NCBI GenBank assembly: GCA_043825735.1
Contig: JBDRRP010000068.1
Span: 1-64,000 of the forward strand
Origin: Pseudomonadota bacterium
GTDB lineage: Bacteria > Desulfobacterota > Desulfobacteria > Desulfobacterales > JBDRRP01
Direction of reading: 5' to 3'
DNA length: 64,000 nt
Part shown: piece by piece, positions 49,144 to 58,814 of the stretch
Numbering within the stretch: position 1 is the first letter of the stretch
How the letters are laid out: each line of letters begins with the position of its first letter
Made by a program: the position numbers and the translations under genes
Notes under the pieces: model-generated
Database searches by the model: none
What the model saw: only the letters and a program-made list of their open reading frames with translations
Told to the model about the DNA's origin: nothing

Positions 49144-49938
49144 ATGAGCGATCAAAAACCGCAGGCGCAAATTCAACCCGAGCAGCTGGGACTCGACAGC
49201 CGATTCGTTTTCAAGTGCCACAAGGATGTCAAGTGCTTCACCCAGTGCTGCCGGGGCATCAACATCATCCTCACCCCGTACGATGTCATCCGCCTCAAAA
49301 ACAAGCTGGAGCTATCGTCCGAGGCGTTTTTAGCCATTTATACCAAGCCGGAAATGCTCGAAAAAACAGATATTCCGGTCATCACCTTGAAGCTTCTGGA
49401 CGATGCGCAGGAATCGTGCCCCTTTGTTCGCGACGACGGTTGCCTCGTCTACACCGACCGGCCATCCACCTGCCGCTACTACCCCTTGGGCATGGCCTCG
49501 CTCCAGCACAAGGACGGCGCCGATGACAAGGGGTTTTTCTTTTTCGTTCACGAGCCCCATTGCCTCGGGTTCGAGGAAACCGCCGAGTGGAGCGTGGCCG
49601 AGTGGCGCCGCGATCAGGGGGTGGACATCCACGATGAGATCAACGCGGCCTGGACCGATCTTATCGTCTACAAGCGCTCCTTTCCGCCCAACGTCAAATG
49701 GACCGAGCAGACCAAGCAGATGTTTTTCATGGTGAGCTACAACATCGACAAGTTCAAGGCGTTCGTGTTCGAGAGTTCCTTTTTGAAACGCTATGTGGTG
49801 GACGCGGAAACCGTGGAAAAGATCAGAAACGACGAAGTCGCGCTGCTCCAGTTCGGCATCCGGTGGCTCAAGTTTCTGCTGTTCAAGCAGGGCGACTTTG
49901 AACTGGCACCCGGTGCCGCCGATAAACCGTCCAACTGA
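49144..49938 (+). CDS. YkgJ-family cysteine cluster protein
   Basis: FKCHKDVKCFTQCC, CPFV...GCLVYTDRPSTCRYYP, EPHCLG; AAGGAG RBS. Confidence 0.87.
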   Translation: MSDQKPQAQIQPEQLGLDSRFVFKCHKDVKCFTQCCRGINIILTPYDVIRLKNKLELSSEAFLAIYTKPEMLEKTDIPVITLKLLDDAQESCPFVRDDGCLVYTDRPSTCRYYPLGMASLQHKDGADDKGFFFFVHEPHCLGFEETAEWSVAEWRRDQGVDIHDEINAAWTDLIVYKRSFPPNVKWTEQTKQMFFMVSYNIDKFKAFVFESSFLKRYVVDAETVEKIRNDEVALLQFGIRWLKFLLFKQGDFELAPGAADKPSN

Positions 49939-50070
49939 TCCAGCGCCCCATATCCGCGATGAAAAGAAATTTTCGCGCAGAGACGCGGGGGCGCAGAGAA
50001 ACATCCTTATTCAATGATAGGCGATGCGCCTTGGCCAATGGCCCCGCCTCTCCTCCTGACCCATAAAACG

Positions 50071-50109
50071 GCAGCGCGACGCCGCCGAAGCGTCATCGCG
50101 CTGCTTTTT
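50071..50109 (+). terminator. Rho-independent terminator
   Basis: GCAGCGCGA...TCGCGCTGC followed by TTTTT. Confidence 0.55.
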
Positions 50110-50118
50110 GGTTCTTAT

Positions 50119-50162
50119 AACCTATGCGTAGCGACGGCGAACGCCGTCGCTACGCATAGGTT
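50119..50162. repeat. Perfect 21-bp-arm palindrome overlapping the dapA 3' end
   Basis: AACCTATGCGTAGCGACGGCG-AA-CGCCGTCGCTACGCATAGGTT. Confidence 0.85.
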
Positions 50163-51187
50163 TTGTAGACCAGATGCTTCCAGTTGGCCGGGTCTTCCAG
50201 GCGCCGGGCGATGTCGACACCAAAAAAGTCGGCAATGGGCTGGAGGATTTCGGGATTGTTGATCTGCACGGTGCGCGCGGCGGCCAAGACCACCTCGATG
50301 CCCTTTTGGGTCATTTTGCCCAAAGGCCGCCGGCAGCCGCCCGAGGGCATTCCCAGGATGGCCATGAGCGCCTTCAGGGCCAACGGGTTTCTGGCCCGGC
50401 AGTTCACCTCGCCGTAGGGGGTCGCCTCTTTGGTGGTGACCGTGACCAGCCCGAAAAGGGGCTTTAATGCCGCTTCCAGCGCTTTGGCGGCGTCGATATC
50501 TCCGGCGGCGAGCGCCTCGGCCATGCGGGTCACCGCCCCGGGGGCCACATTGGAGATCACCGAAATGACGCCGGCGGCGGCGATGGCCGGGTCGGTCATC
50601 ATCTGGACGGTCAGCCCGTCGTCACCGGACAAAATGGTGAAATCCGGTCCGCAGCAGGTGCGGGTCCGGCGCATGTTGTCCAAGTTGCCCGTGGCCTCCT
50701 TTACCGTGTTCACGTTGGGGCAGGTTTCATTGAGTATGGCCAGATCTTCGGGCAGCAGTTGTGCGCCGGTCCGTCCGGGGATCACGTAGGGGATGACTTC
50801 CGCGTCGGGGCAGGCCGCAGCCACCGGCGCCACGTATTCCTTGCGGATCTCCATACTGCTGGGGCCGTTGTAATAGGGATCCACCAGCAGAACGGCATCC
50901 ACGCCGGCCGCGCAGGCGTGTTTGGCGGCCAGCAGGGCTTCCCGGGTGTTGTTGCTGCCTGCGCCGGCAACGGAAACACACTTGCCCTTGGACTGCCGGG
51001 CCACGATTTCGACCACCTTGTTGTGCTCTTCCCAGGACAAGGTGGGGCTTTCCCCGGTGGTGCCCACGGCGAGGATGCCGGTGATGCCGTTGGCGATCTG
51101 AAACGCCACCAGTTTTTCGAGCCCGGGGACGTTTATTCCGTTATCTGTGAACGGTGTTGCCAAAGCGGTATAACATCCCGTTTTCAT
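50150..51187 (-). CDS. dapA: 4-hydroxy-tetrahydrodipicolinate synthase
   Basis: TALATPF, GTTGESPTL, GAGSN, PYYN, Y.IPGRTG, KEATG, LSGDD. Confidence 0.92.
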   Translation of the reverse strand: MKTGCYTALATPFTDNGINVPGLEKLVAFQIANGITGILAVGTTGESPTLSWEEHNKVVEIVARQSKGKCVSVAGAGSNNTREALLAAKHACAAGVDAVLLVDPYYNGPSSMEIRKEYVAPVAAACPDAEVIPYVIPGRTGAQLLPEDLAILNETCPNVNTVKEATGNLDNMRRTRTCCGPDFTILSGDDGLTVQMMTDPAIAAAGVISVISNVAPGAVTRMAEALAAGDIDAAKALEAALKPLFGLVTVTTKEATPYGEVNCRARNPLALKALMAILGMPSGGCRRPLGKMTQKGIEVVLAAARTVQINNPEILQPIADFFGVDIARRLEDPANWKHLVYKTYA

Positions 51188-51444
51188 ATTACTTTCCTTT
51201 ATTACAGCATGGGTCTCAACGATAATGAGTGCCGCTGATGGGCGGACCCGGGGAAAATGCATGAAAACGGTAGATTAAGGGCCGCCGGGATGTCAAGGAA
51301 AAAAGCCGTTCAGGGCCTCTGAAGCGGCGGTTGAACCGGCGGTGGGCGCGGCAATTTCCCTTGACAAGGCCGGGAGGGCATAATACCGGGTACTCTTTTA
51401 AGGAAAACCCATGCCAATTGGGTTTAAAACCAGAGAGGATCGTC

Positions 51445-52068
51445 ATGAGTGACCTGCCAAAGGACGTAGACGAATACATCAATCAGTATCAGGGTGCCGT
51501 CCAGATGAACCCGGAGTGCGGCACCTCCCACTATAATCTCGCCGTCGGTTATCTCGGCAAGCGTTTGTTCACAGAAGCGGAAAAGGAACTGCTGGCCGCC
51601 ATCGATTGCAGCCCGAGCCTGGCCGAAGCCTATGTCCAGATGGGCGGCATCTGCCTTCACCGGGGTGATTTGGACGGGTGTCTGGACTGGAACCGGCGGG
51701 CCACCCAGGCCCGGGCCGGGTTTGCCGAGGGATACGGCAACATGGGATTTGCCTACCTGCAAAAGGGCGATCTTGAAAATTGTCTTAAGTTTTTAGAAAA
51801 GGCCATCGCCTTCAATTCCAATTTCATCCAGGCCTATGTCACCCTGGGAAGCGCCTACCTCATGTCCGGCGCAATTGACGAAAGCATCGCCGCCAGCCAG
51901 AAAGCGCTCGCCATCGACCCTGATTTCGCCGTCGCCCACAACAATCTGGCGCTGGCCTATATCGAAAAAGGCGATTGGCAGCGCGCCATCACCCACGGTG
52001 ACCGCGCACAAGCCCTGGGCTATGCCCTGGCGCTCCAGGTCAAGGAGGAGCTGGATAACCATCGATAG
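51445..52068 (+). CDS. Tetratricopeptide repeat protein
   Basis: Repeated TPR helices (SHYNLAV, AYVQMGG, GYGNMGF, AYVTLGS, AHNNLAL); GAGAGG RBS. Confidence 0.88.
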   Translation: MSDLPKDVDEYINQYQGAVQMNPECGTSHYNLAVGYLGKRLFTEAEKELLAAIDCSPSLAEAYVQMGGICLHRGDLDGCLDWNRRATQARAGFAEGYGNMGFAYLQKGDLENCLKFLEKAIAFNSNFIQAYVTLGSAYLMSGAIDESIAASQKALAIDPDFAVAHNNLALAYIEKGDWQRAITHGDRAQALGYALALQVKEELDNHR

Positions 52069-52123
52069 ATCGGCCTTGTCCGCCGGGCCTTCGGGCGGCC
52101 CGCTGGCAGCCCATTCAGTGACC

Positions 52124-53296
52124 ATGCATCGAAATGCACCGGCGTTTTCCTATTTTCTGGATAGCAACACCGTGCCCGTGCGGCCCGGTGACGCGCTGTG
52201 GGAGCGCCCCCTGCCCCTTGAGCGCGGCGCTGCCTGCGGGGCGCCCGCCGTTTTAAATGGGCCCAGTACCGGGGATTATTTTCAGGCCGTCGAGGCCTTT
52301 CTCACCATGGAAAACCATCGGCATCTTCGAGGCGCCCTGCCTGATGCCGGATGGCCTTCCCGCCAGCTGCCGGAATCGGTCCACATTCATCTCGTCAAGC
52401 ACGGCGCGTGCTATCATCCGTCACAGGTGGTTATCCGTTCCGGGGGCCGGCAGTTTTCCCGCGTGGTGAACGTGGCGGTGTCTTCCCAGGGCAGGGCCGT
52501 CTTCACCGAAGAGCTCGGGGCCCTGCGACTTCTCAAAGAACGCGCCGCCGGGGTGATCCCCGCCGTCTACGGCGCCGCTGAAAACATCGGCACCCACCAG
52601 ATGGCCATGTTCATTGCCGACTGGCTGGACGGGTTTTCCGAGTGGCACCTCACCGGCGGGGGCACCGATAAGGTGTGCCGACGCGTGGTGGTGTGGGATG
52701 CCGCGCGCGGCCATTACGAATTGTCCCCGGCCCAGTCAGCTCAGCTCTTTCGCGGGACCGCGGCCGTCCTCACGGGACTTTACGATGTGGCCTCTTCACA
52801 TCATATCGGCCGCTGGCACCACGGCGCCGGGGATTTTATTATTCGCCCCGATGGTGCCGGGCGGATGGATGTGCGGCTCATCACAGTGAGGCGCTATGCG
52901 CCGCTCATGGCTGGGATTGAAGACCGGCCCGAAGACATGATCGACGCGCTCCTGGCGTTCCTGCTGGAGCTCTCCCTTAAAAACCGGCTCGACCGGCGTG
53001 ACGGAGTCGGTGACCTGGTGCTGTCAGGGGAGGACGCCGTAGGGTGGACCGTGGCGGGGTTTTTCGACGGCCTGGATCATCAGGCGCGGGCCGGACACCT
53101 TCCCGGGGATTTTTCCCGGGGATTTCTCGGCTTTGTCGGTACCCTTGGCCAGGCCGATATTTCTCATCTGGTGGCATCGCTCATCACTCGGTTGCCGGCC
53201 GATTCGGAGGAGCGCGCCCTGTATTGCCGCCATGGAGACGCCCACGCGGCGGCACTCGTTTCCGAAATCAAAGCCAGGGGCAAGGGGTGTGCTTAA
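52124..53296 (+). CDS. Hypothetical protein, possibly protein-kinase-like fold
   Basis: Long ORF directly upstream of dsrA with PAVYG, WLDGF, WHHGAGDF motifs. Start uncertain. Confidence 0.65.
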   Translation: MHRNAPAFSYFLDSNTVPVRPGDALWERPLPLERGAACGAPAVLNGPSTGDYFQAVEAFLTMENHRHLRGALPDAGWPSRQLPESVHIHLVKHGACYHPSQVVIRSGGRQFSRVVNVAVSSQGRAVFTEELGALRLLKERAAGVIPAVYGAAENIGTHQMAMFIADWLDGFSEWHLTGGGTDKVCRRVVVWDAARGHYELSPAQSAQLFRGTAAVLTGLYDVASSHHIGRWHHGAGDFIIRPDGAGRMDVRLITVRRYAPLMAGIEDRPEDMIDALLAFLLELSLKNRLDRRDGVGDLVLSGEDAVGWTVAGFFDGLDHQARAGHLPGDFSRGFLGFVGTLGQADISHLVASLITRLPADSEERALYCRHGDAHAAALVSEIKARGKGCA

Positions 53297-53404
53297 AAAA
53301 CACAATATGCGCGCTATTTGACAACGGCGACCACAAAATAATGTGCAAAGCCTGGATATCCGGGCTCACGCTTACCGCTTGCCCGCGTAAAGCCCCGTTT
53401 TTTA

Positions 53405-53433
53405 TTGACAAGAAAACGGAGAAATTTTATACC
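53405..53433 (+). promoter_or_regulatory. Putative sigma70 promoter of dsrAB
   Basis: TTGACA-N17-TATACC about 170 nt upstream of dsrA. A second TTGACA is at 53318. Confidence 0.5.
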
Positions 53434-53604
53434 TGCTCCCTGTAGTTCCGCGCTTGGGGCCGTGAATCCACACCAGAAATTGGTATGACATATCTGAAAA
53501 ATATCAGAAAATATCAGTGCGAGAGGAGGTGACCTGTCAGCAAGCCCGTTGCAGTTATCAGCCCGCAGTTTGTAGGCAATTATCAATCTAAATGGAGGTA
53601 AGAA

Positions 53605-54918
53605 ATGGCGAAGCACAAAACCCCTATGTTGGACCAGCTTGAGAGCGGACCGTGGCCGAGCTTTGTGTCCGACATCAAGCAGGAAGCTGCCAACAGGGCA
53701 AGCAAAGCGGACAAGATCGACTTTCAGTGCCCGGTCGACGCGTGTGATGACCTTCTAGGCGTCATGGAGCTGTCCTTTAAGCAGGGCCGGACCCACTGGA
53801 AGCATGGCGGCATCGTCGGTGTATTCGGTTACGGCGGCGGCGTCATCGGCCGTTATTGCGACCAGCCTGAGATGTTCCCGGGCGTTGCCCACTTTCACAC
53901 CATGCGCGTCTCCCAGCCGGGCGGCAAGTTTTACACCACCAAATTCCTGAATGAAATCTGCGACCTTTGGGAAATGCGCGGCAGCGGTCTCACCAACATG
54001 CACGGCTCCACCGGTGATATCGTTCTTCTGGGCACCCAGACCAAGCAGCTCGAGGAAATCTTCTTCACCCTGACCCATGAGATGAATCAGGACCTTGGCG
54101 GATCCGGCTCCAACCTGCGCACGCCTTCCGACTGTGTGGGTTCCGCCCGCTGCGAATGGGCCTGCTATGACACCCAGGCGCTGTGCTACGATCTTACCAT
54201 GGAATACCAGGACGAGCTGCATCGCCCGGCCTTCCCCTACAAGTTCAAGTTCAAGTTTGACGGCTGCCCCAACTGCTGCGTGGCCTCTCTGGCCCGCTCC
54301 GACATGGCCTTCATCGGTACCTGGAAAGATGACATCCGCATCGACCAGGAAGCCGTTCAGGCTTACATCGGCGGCGAAATCGCACCCAACGGCGGCGCCC
54401 ATGCCGGCCGCGACTGGGGCAAGTTCGACATCGAAAAGGAAATCATCGGCCTGTGCCCCACCGAGTGTATGTGGATGGAAAAAGGCAAGCTGATGATCGA
54501 CAACCGTGAATGCACCCGTTGCATGCACTGCATCAATGCCATGCCGCGCGCTCTGAGAATCGGCCAGGATACCGGTCTTTCCATCCTCGTCGGTGCCAAG
54601 GCTCCTATTCTTGATGGTGCTCAGATGGGTTCTCTGCTGGTTCCTTTCCTCAAGGTCGAAGAGCCTTATGACGAGATCAAGGAAGTCATCGAGGGCATCT
54701 GGGACTGGTGGATGGAAGAAGGCAAGAACCGCGAACGTCTCGGCGAGCTGATCAAGCGCCAGGGCTTCCAGAAAATGCTGGAAGCAATCGGCATGGATCC
54801 GATCCCCCAGCACGTTCAGGAACCGCGCCACAACCCCTACATCTTCTGGAAGGAAGAAGAAGTTGAAGGCGGCTGGAATCGCGACATCACCGAATTCAGA
54901 AAACACCATCTCAGATAG
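53605..54918 (+). CDS. dsrA: Dissimilatory sulfite reductase alpha subunit
   Basis: TPMLDQLESGPWPSFV, THWKHGG, CVGSARC (CX5C), FPYKFKFKFDGCPNCC, CTRCMHCIN. Confidence 0.99.
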   Translation: MAKHKTPMLDQLESGPWPSFVSDIKQEAANRASKADKIDFQCPVDACDDLLGVMELSFKQGRTHWKHGGIVGVFGYGGGVIGRYCDQPEMFPGVAHFHTMRVSQPGGKFYTTKFLNEICDLWEMRGSGLTNMHGSTGDIVLLGTQTKQLEEIFFTLTHEMNQDLGGSGSNLRTPSDCVGSARCEWACYDTQALCYDLTMEYQDELHRPAFPYKFKFKFDGCPNCCVASLARSDMAFIGTWKDDIRIDQEAVQAYIGGEIAPNGGAHAGRDWGKFDIEKEIIGLCPTECMWMEKGKLMIDNRECTRCMHCINAMPRALRIGQDTGLSILVGAKAPILDGAQMGSLLVPFLKVEEPYDEIKEVIEGIWDWWMEEGKNRERLGELIKRQGFQKMLEAIGMDPIPQHVQEPRHNPYIFWKEEEVEGGWNRDITEFRKHHLR

Positions 54919-54930
54919 GAGGGGAGACTC

Positions 54931-56076
54931 ATGGCATTTGTATCAAGTGGTTACAATCCGGATAAACCGATGGAAAACCGCATCACCGACATCGGTCCGC
55001 GAAAATACGACGAGTTTTACCCGCCGGTCATTGCTGCCAACAAAGGCAAATGGCTCTATCATGAGATCCTCAAGCCCGGCGTTCTGGTGCATGTTTCCGA
55101 GACCGGCGACAAGGTCTTCACCGTCCGCGTCGGCGGCGCCCGGCTCATGAGCGTCACCCACATCCGCGAAATCAACGAAATCGCCGACAAGCACTGCGGC
55201 GGCTACCTGCGCTTCACCACCCGTAACAACATCGAGTTCATGGTGGACGACGAATCCAAGGTGCAGCCCCTCATCGACGATCTGACCAGCCGCAAGTTCG
55301 ACGGCGGCTCCTTCAAGTTCCCTGTCGGCGGCACCGGCGCGGGCGTGACCAACATCGTTCACACCCAGGGCTGGGTCCACTGTCACACGCCGGCCACCGA
55401 TGCCTCCGGCCCGGTCAAGGCCACCATGGACGTTCTTTTCGAAGACTTCCAGAAAATGCGCCTGCCGGCCCAGGTCCGGGTATCCCTGGCCTGCTGCCTC
55501 AACATGTGCGGCGCGGTTCACTGCTCGGACATCGCCATCCTCGGCTACCACCGCAAGCCGCCGCTGCTGGATCACGAGTACCTGGACAAGATGTGCGAGA
55601 TTCCGCTGGCCATCGCCGCTTGCCCCACGGCAGCCATCAAACCGACCAAGATCGAGATCAACGGCCAGAAGCTCAACTCCGTGGCAGTGAACAACGAGCG
55701 CTGCATGTTCTGCGGCAACTGCTACACCATGTGCCCGTCCATGCCGCTGGCCGACACGGAAGGCGACGGTATCGTCATCATGGTGGGTGGCAAAGTGTCC
55801 AACCGCATCAGCAACCCCAAATTTTCCAAGGTTGCCGTTGCGTTCATCCCCAACGAAGCGCCGCGCTGGCCGCAGACCACCTCCGTGATCAAGAAGATCA
55901 TTGACGTGTACGCCAACGATGCCCGCAAGTACGAGCGCGTGGGCGACTGGGCAGAGCGGATCGGCTGGGAGCGTTTCTTTGGTAAATGCGAGCTGGAGTT
56001 CACCCATCATCTCATCGATGATTTCCGGGATGCTGCCTATTACACCTGGCGGCAGACCACTAACTTCAAGTTCTAA
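54931..56076 (+). CDS. dsrB: Dissimilatory sulfite reductase beta subunit
   Basis: [41 protein letters not shown]. Confidence 0.99.
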   Translation: MAFVSSGYNPDKPMENRITDIGPRKYDEFYPPVIAANKGKWLYHEILKPGVLVHVSETGDKVFTVRVGGARLMSVTHIREINEIADKHCGGYLRFTTRNNIEFMVDDESKVQPLIDDLTSRKFDGGSFKFPVGGTGAGVTNIVHTQGWVHCHTPATDASGPVKATMDVLFEDFQKMRLPAQVRVSLACCLNMCGAVHCSDIAILGYHRKPPLLDHEYLDKMCEIPLAIAACPTAAIKPTKIEINGQKLNSVAVNNERCMFCGNCYTMCPSMPLADTEGDGIVIMVGGKVSNRISNPKFSKVAVAFIPNEAPRWPQTTSVIKKIIDVYANDARKYERVGDWAERIGWERFFGKCELEFTHHLIDDFRDAAYYTWRQTTNFKF

Positions 56077-56098
56077 TTTGTCCCCCACATAGAATGGT

Positions 56099-56130
56099 CA
56101 GGGGGCACCCGAGGCGGGTGCCCCCTGTTT
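56099..56130 (+). terminator. Hairpin between dsrB and dsrD (partial terminator or mRNA stabiliser)
   Basis: CAGGGGGCACCCG-AGG-CGGGTGCCCCCTG followed by TTT. Confidence 0.65.
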
Positions 56131-56151
56131 CCTTAGAGAGAGGCACACAAG

Positions 56152-56391
56152 ATGGAATACGAAGAGGCAAAAACGCTGATCGTCGATGCACTGACCAAGA
56201 AGCTCAAATCCAAGAGCAAATTTTACTTCAACGATCTTTCCAAGATCCTCGAAATGAAGCCCCGCGATGCCAAGAAAATCGTGAACAAGCTCGTGGAAGA
56301 GGGCGTACTGGAATACTGGTCATCAGGCAGCACCTCCATGTACGGGATGCCGGGTACCGGCAAGCAGGCCGGTGCCGAACACGAAGACTAA
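56152..56391 (+). CDS. dsrD: DsrD
   Basis: KSKFYFNDL, KK..N.LV.EG.LEYWSSGSTSMYG; follows dsrB. Confidence 0.97.
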   Translation: MEYEEAKTLIVDALTKKLKSKSKFYFNDLSKILEMKPRDAKKIVNKLVEEGVLEYWSSGSTSMYGMPGTGKQAGAEHED

Positions 56392-56455
56392 TCCGGCACC
56401 TGCGGTGGTTTTCATTGTCGCGGCAGACGCTTAGCCATTGGTCAGCGAGCATGTC

Positions 56456-57868
56456 ATGAAGTGCCCGGGAATCGTCATATCCGCCCTGCGCGGCGGCTCC
56501 GGGAAGACCATCCTGACCATCGGGCTTATCGCGGCCCTGCGGCAGCGCGGCCATGTGGTGACGCCGTTCAAAAAAGGACCGGACTACATTGATGCGGGCT
56601 GGCTGGGTCTTGCCGCCGGCCGGCCGTGCTACAATCTGGACACCTTTCTATTAGACGCCGGACATGTCCGGCGTTCTTTTCTTTCCCACACCAACTCGGA
56701 TGCCGTGGCCGTCATCGAAGGCAACCGGGGGCTCTACGACGCCATCGATACCGAAGGATCCACCAGCACGGCGGAGCTGGCGAAGCTCCTCAACCTGCCG
56801 GTGATTATGATCATCGACTGCACCAAAACCACCCGGACCATGGCGGCGGTGGTTTCCGGCTGCCGTCTTTTCGACCCGCAAGTGAATATCCGTGGCGTCG
56901 TTCTCAATCGGGTGGCCGGCACGCGCCACGAGTCTATCCTGCGCCGAAGCATCGAAGAGCACTGCGGCATTCCGGTGATTGGCGCCATTCCCAAACTGAA
57001 AAAAGACAGTTTTCCCGAGCGCCACATGGGGCTGGTACCCAGCCAGGAGCATGCCTGGGCGCTGGCTGCCGTAGCGGCCGCCGCCGACATGGCCGCACGG
57101 CACATCGATCTGGCCGCCATTTTGAACATGGCGGAAAATGACGCCCGGTGTCTACCGCCTGAAACCGTGCCCCAGGTCCCACCGAAGGTTGCGGCGCCAG
57201 CCGGCGGCTCACCGCGGATCGGCATCATCAAAGATTCGGCCTTTCAGTTCTATTACCCGGAAAACATCGATGCCCTGGCCGATGCCGGTGCACAGATCGT
57301 TTTTACCAGCCCCCTGGACGAGGAGACCCTGCCGGCACTGGATGGTCTTTATATCGGCGGCGGGTTCCCCGAGACGCACGCCGAGGCCCTGGCGGCCAAC
57401 CGGACTTACCGGGAGGCCGTGAAAACGGCGGCGGATGCCGGCATGCCGATTTACGGAGAATGCGGAGGGCTCATGTATCTGGGCAGGCAGTTGGTGCTGG
57501 GTGATACGGCGTATCCCATGACGGGCGCTCTGCCCATTGTCTTCGGTTTTTCCAAACGTCCCCAAGGCCATGGTTACACGGTTGTGTCCGTGGACCGGCC
57601 CAACCCCTTTTATTCCGTAGGCCGGGAGATCCGGGGTCATGAATTTCATTATTCCAGTGTGCTGCAGTGGGACGGCACCGAGGATCAACTGGTTTTTCGC
57701 ATGATCCGCGGCAGCGGGATCACAGGGGGGCGCGACGGGGTCTGCTACAAGAACGTTCTGGCCACTTACAGCCACACCCATGCGCTGGGAAACCCGGGAT
57801 GGGCGCAGACCCTTGTGGCGATGGCAGTCGAATTTCGCAACCGATCGGCGGGCGGGTCCGGTGACTGA
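56456..57868 (+). CDS. dsrN: DsrN, cobyrinate a,c-diamide synthase-like (siroheme amidase)
   Basis: GGSGKT, FKKGPDYID, EGNRGLYD, ERHMGL, YIGGGFPE, GECGGLMY, GHEFHYS; follows dsrD. Confidence 0.9.
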   Translation: MKCPGIVISALRGGSGKTILTIGLIAALRQRGHVVTPFKKGPDYIDAGWLGLAAGRPCYNLDTFLLDAGHVRRSFLSHTNSDAVAVIEGNRGLYDAIDTEGSTSTAELAKLLNLPVIMIIDCTKTTRTMAAVVSGCRLFDPQVNIRGVVLNRVAGTRHESILRRSIEEHCGIPVIGAIPKLKKDSFPERHMGLVPSQEHAWALAAVAAAADMAARHIDLAAILNMAENDARCLPPETVPQVPPKVAAPAGGSPRIGIIKDSAFQFYYPENIDALADAGAQIVFTSPLDEETLPALDGLYIGGGFPETHAEALAANRTYREAVKTAADAGMPIYGECGGLMYLGRQLVLGDTAYPMTGALPIVFGFSKRPQGHGYTVVSVDRPNPFYSVGREIRGHEFHYSSVLQWDGTEDQLVFRMIRGSGITGGRDGVCYKNVLATYSHTHALGNPGWAQTLVAMAVEFRNRSAGGSGD

Positions 57869-57898
57869 AGGCCATTCAAACGGTCCCGGAATCACGGG

Positions 57899-58750
57899 TT
57901 GGAGCCGGTGACGGCCGCTGCCGCAAACGCTACCGATGCACTTATGGTTGCCGTTGCCGCAGCGGCGCACCGTCATATCGCCACCACACGCCATCGCCTT
58001 ACCCCGGAAATGCTTTACGCCGCCCTCAGCCAGGAATTCCAGACGGACCGCAGAACTATCCGCAGGGCCGTCGCCAAACTGGTGCAGACGGGCCTTGCCC
58101 AGTACACATACGAGTTCGGCTGCAGTTTTTTGGTGCCTTCGTTCAACCGCCCCGTTACTGTTTCCCCGCGGGTCGTGCTCTGCCCGTCCGGTTTCCCGGT
58201 AAGCCCCGCCGCTGGCCAGGTGTGGGTCACCCTCGATCAAGGCGCGGCATTTGGCACCGGCGCCCACCCGACCACCCGGCTGGCTGTCAGGGGCATCGAC
58301 AGTGCCTTGACGCCGTTTCCCACTTCCTGGCGCCCTGGGCAGTGCCGAGTGCTGGATGTGGGCACCGGCTCGGGAGTCCTGCTGCTGACGGCGTTGTCGC
58401 TGGGGATGCATGCAGGTATCGGCCTCGATGTCGATCCCTGCGCAGTGAGCGAGGCCAGGGCCAATGCCACGCTGAACGGCTTGCAACGGCGTTCGGTGTT
58501 TACCGATACCGCGATAACGCGCATCGACGGGCATTTTCAGCTGGTGACGGCCAATCTGCGGTTTCCCACGCTGGCGGATCTGACAGGTACGCTATCTGTC
58601 ATGACGAGCGAAGATGGCCTTTTGGTGGTATCGGGTATCCGCGAAGCGGAGGCGGGGGCGCTGGCGAGTGTCTATGGTCAAGCCGGCTGGAAAGTGCTCT
58701 GGCAGGAGGCAGAAGGGGGTTGGGCCGGTCAGGTTTACCGGCGGCGGTAA
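57899..58750 (+). CDS. PrmA-like SAM-dependent protein methyltransferase with atypical N-terminus
   Basis: AFGTGAHPTT, VLDVGTGSGVL, DVDP, ANL, VSGI. Start uncertain. Confidence 0.8.
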   Translation: MEPVTAAAANATDALMVAVAAAAHRHIATTRHRLTPEMLYAALSQEFQTDRRTIRRAVAKLVQTGLAQYTYEFGCSFLVPSFNRPVTVSPRVVLCPSGFPVSPAAGQVWVTLDQGAAFGTGAHPTTRLAVRGIDSALTPFPTSWRPGQCRVLDVGTGSGVLLLTALSLGMHAGIGLDVDPCAVSEARANATLNGLQRRSVFTDTAITRIDGHFQLVTANLRFPTLADLTGTLSVMTSEDGLLVVSGIREAEAGALASVYGQAGWKVLWQEAEGGWAGQVYRRR

Positions 58751-58753
58751 AAC

Positions 58754-58793
58754 AAAAAAGCGGCGCGCCGCTGTCAGCGACGCGCCGCTCTTT
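58754..58793. terminator. Bidirectional terminator
   Basis: AAAAAAGCGGCGCG.CGCTG..CAGCG.CGCGCCGCTCTTT between convergent genes. Confidence 0.75.
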
Positions 58794-58814
58794 ATCGAAA
58801 CCGACGGCGGTCTA

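Noticed and set aside
53434..53604. Rex operator or structured leader upstream of dsrA
   Set aside because: Only a weak GTGAA half-site and no convincing palindrome; cannot be supported by eye.
53755..56088. Two long antisense ORFs (384 and 381 aa) opposite dsrA and dsrB
   Set aside because: Shadow ORFs expected from the strong codon bias of highly expressed GC-rich genes; no recognisable motifs.
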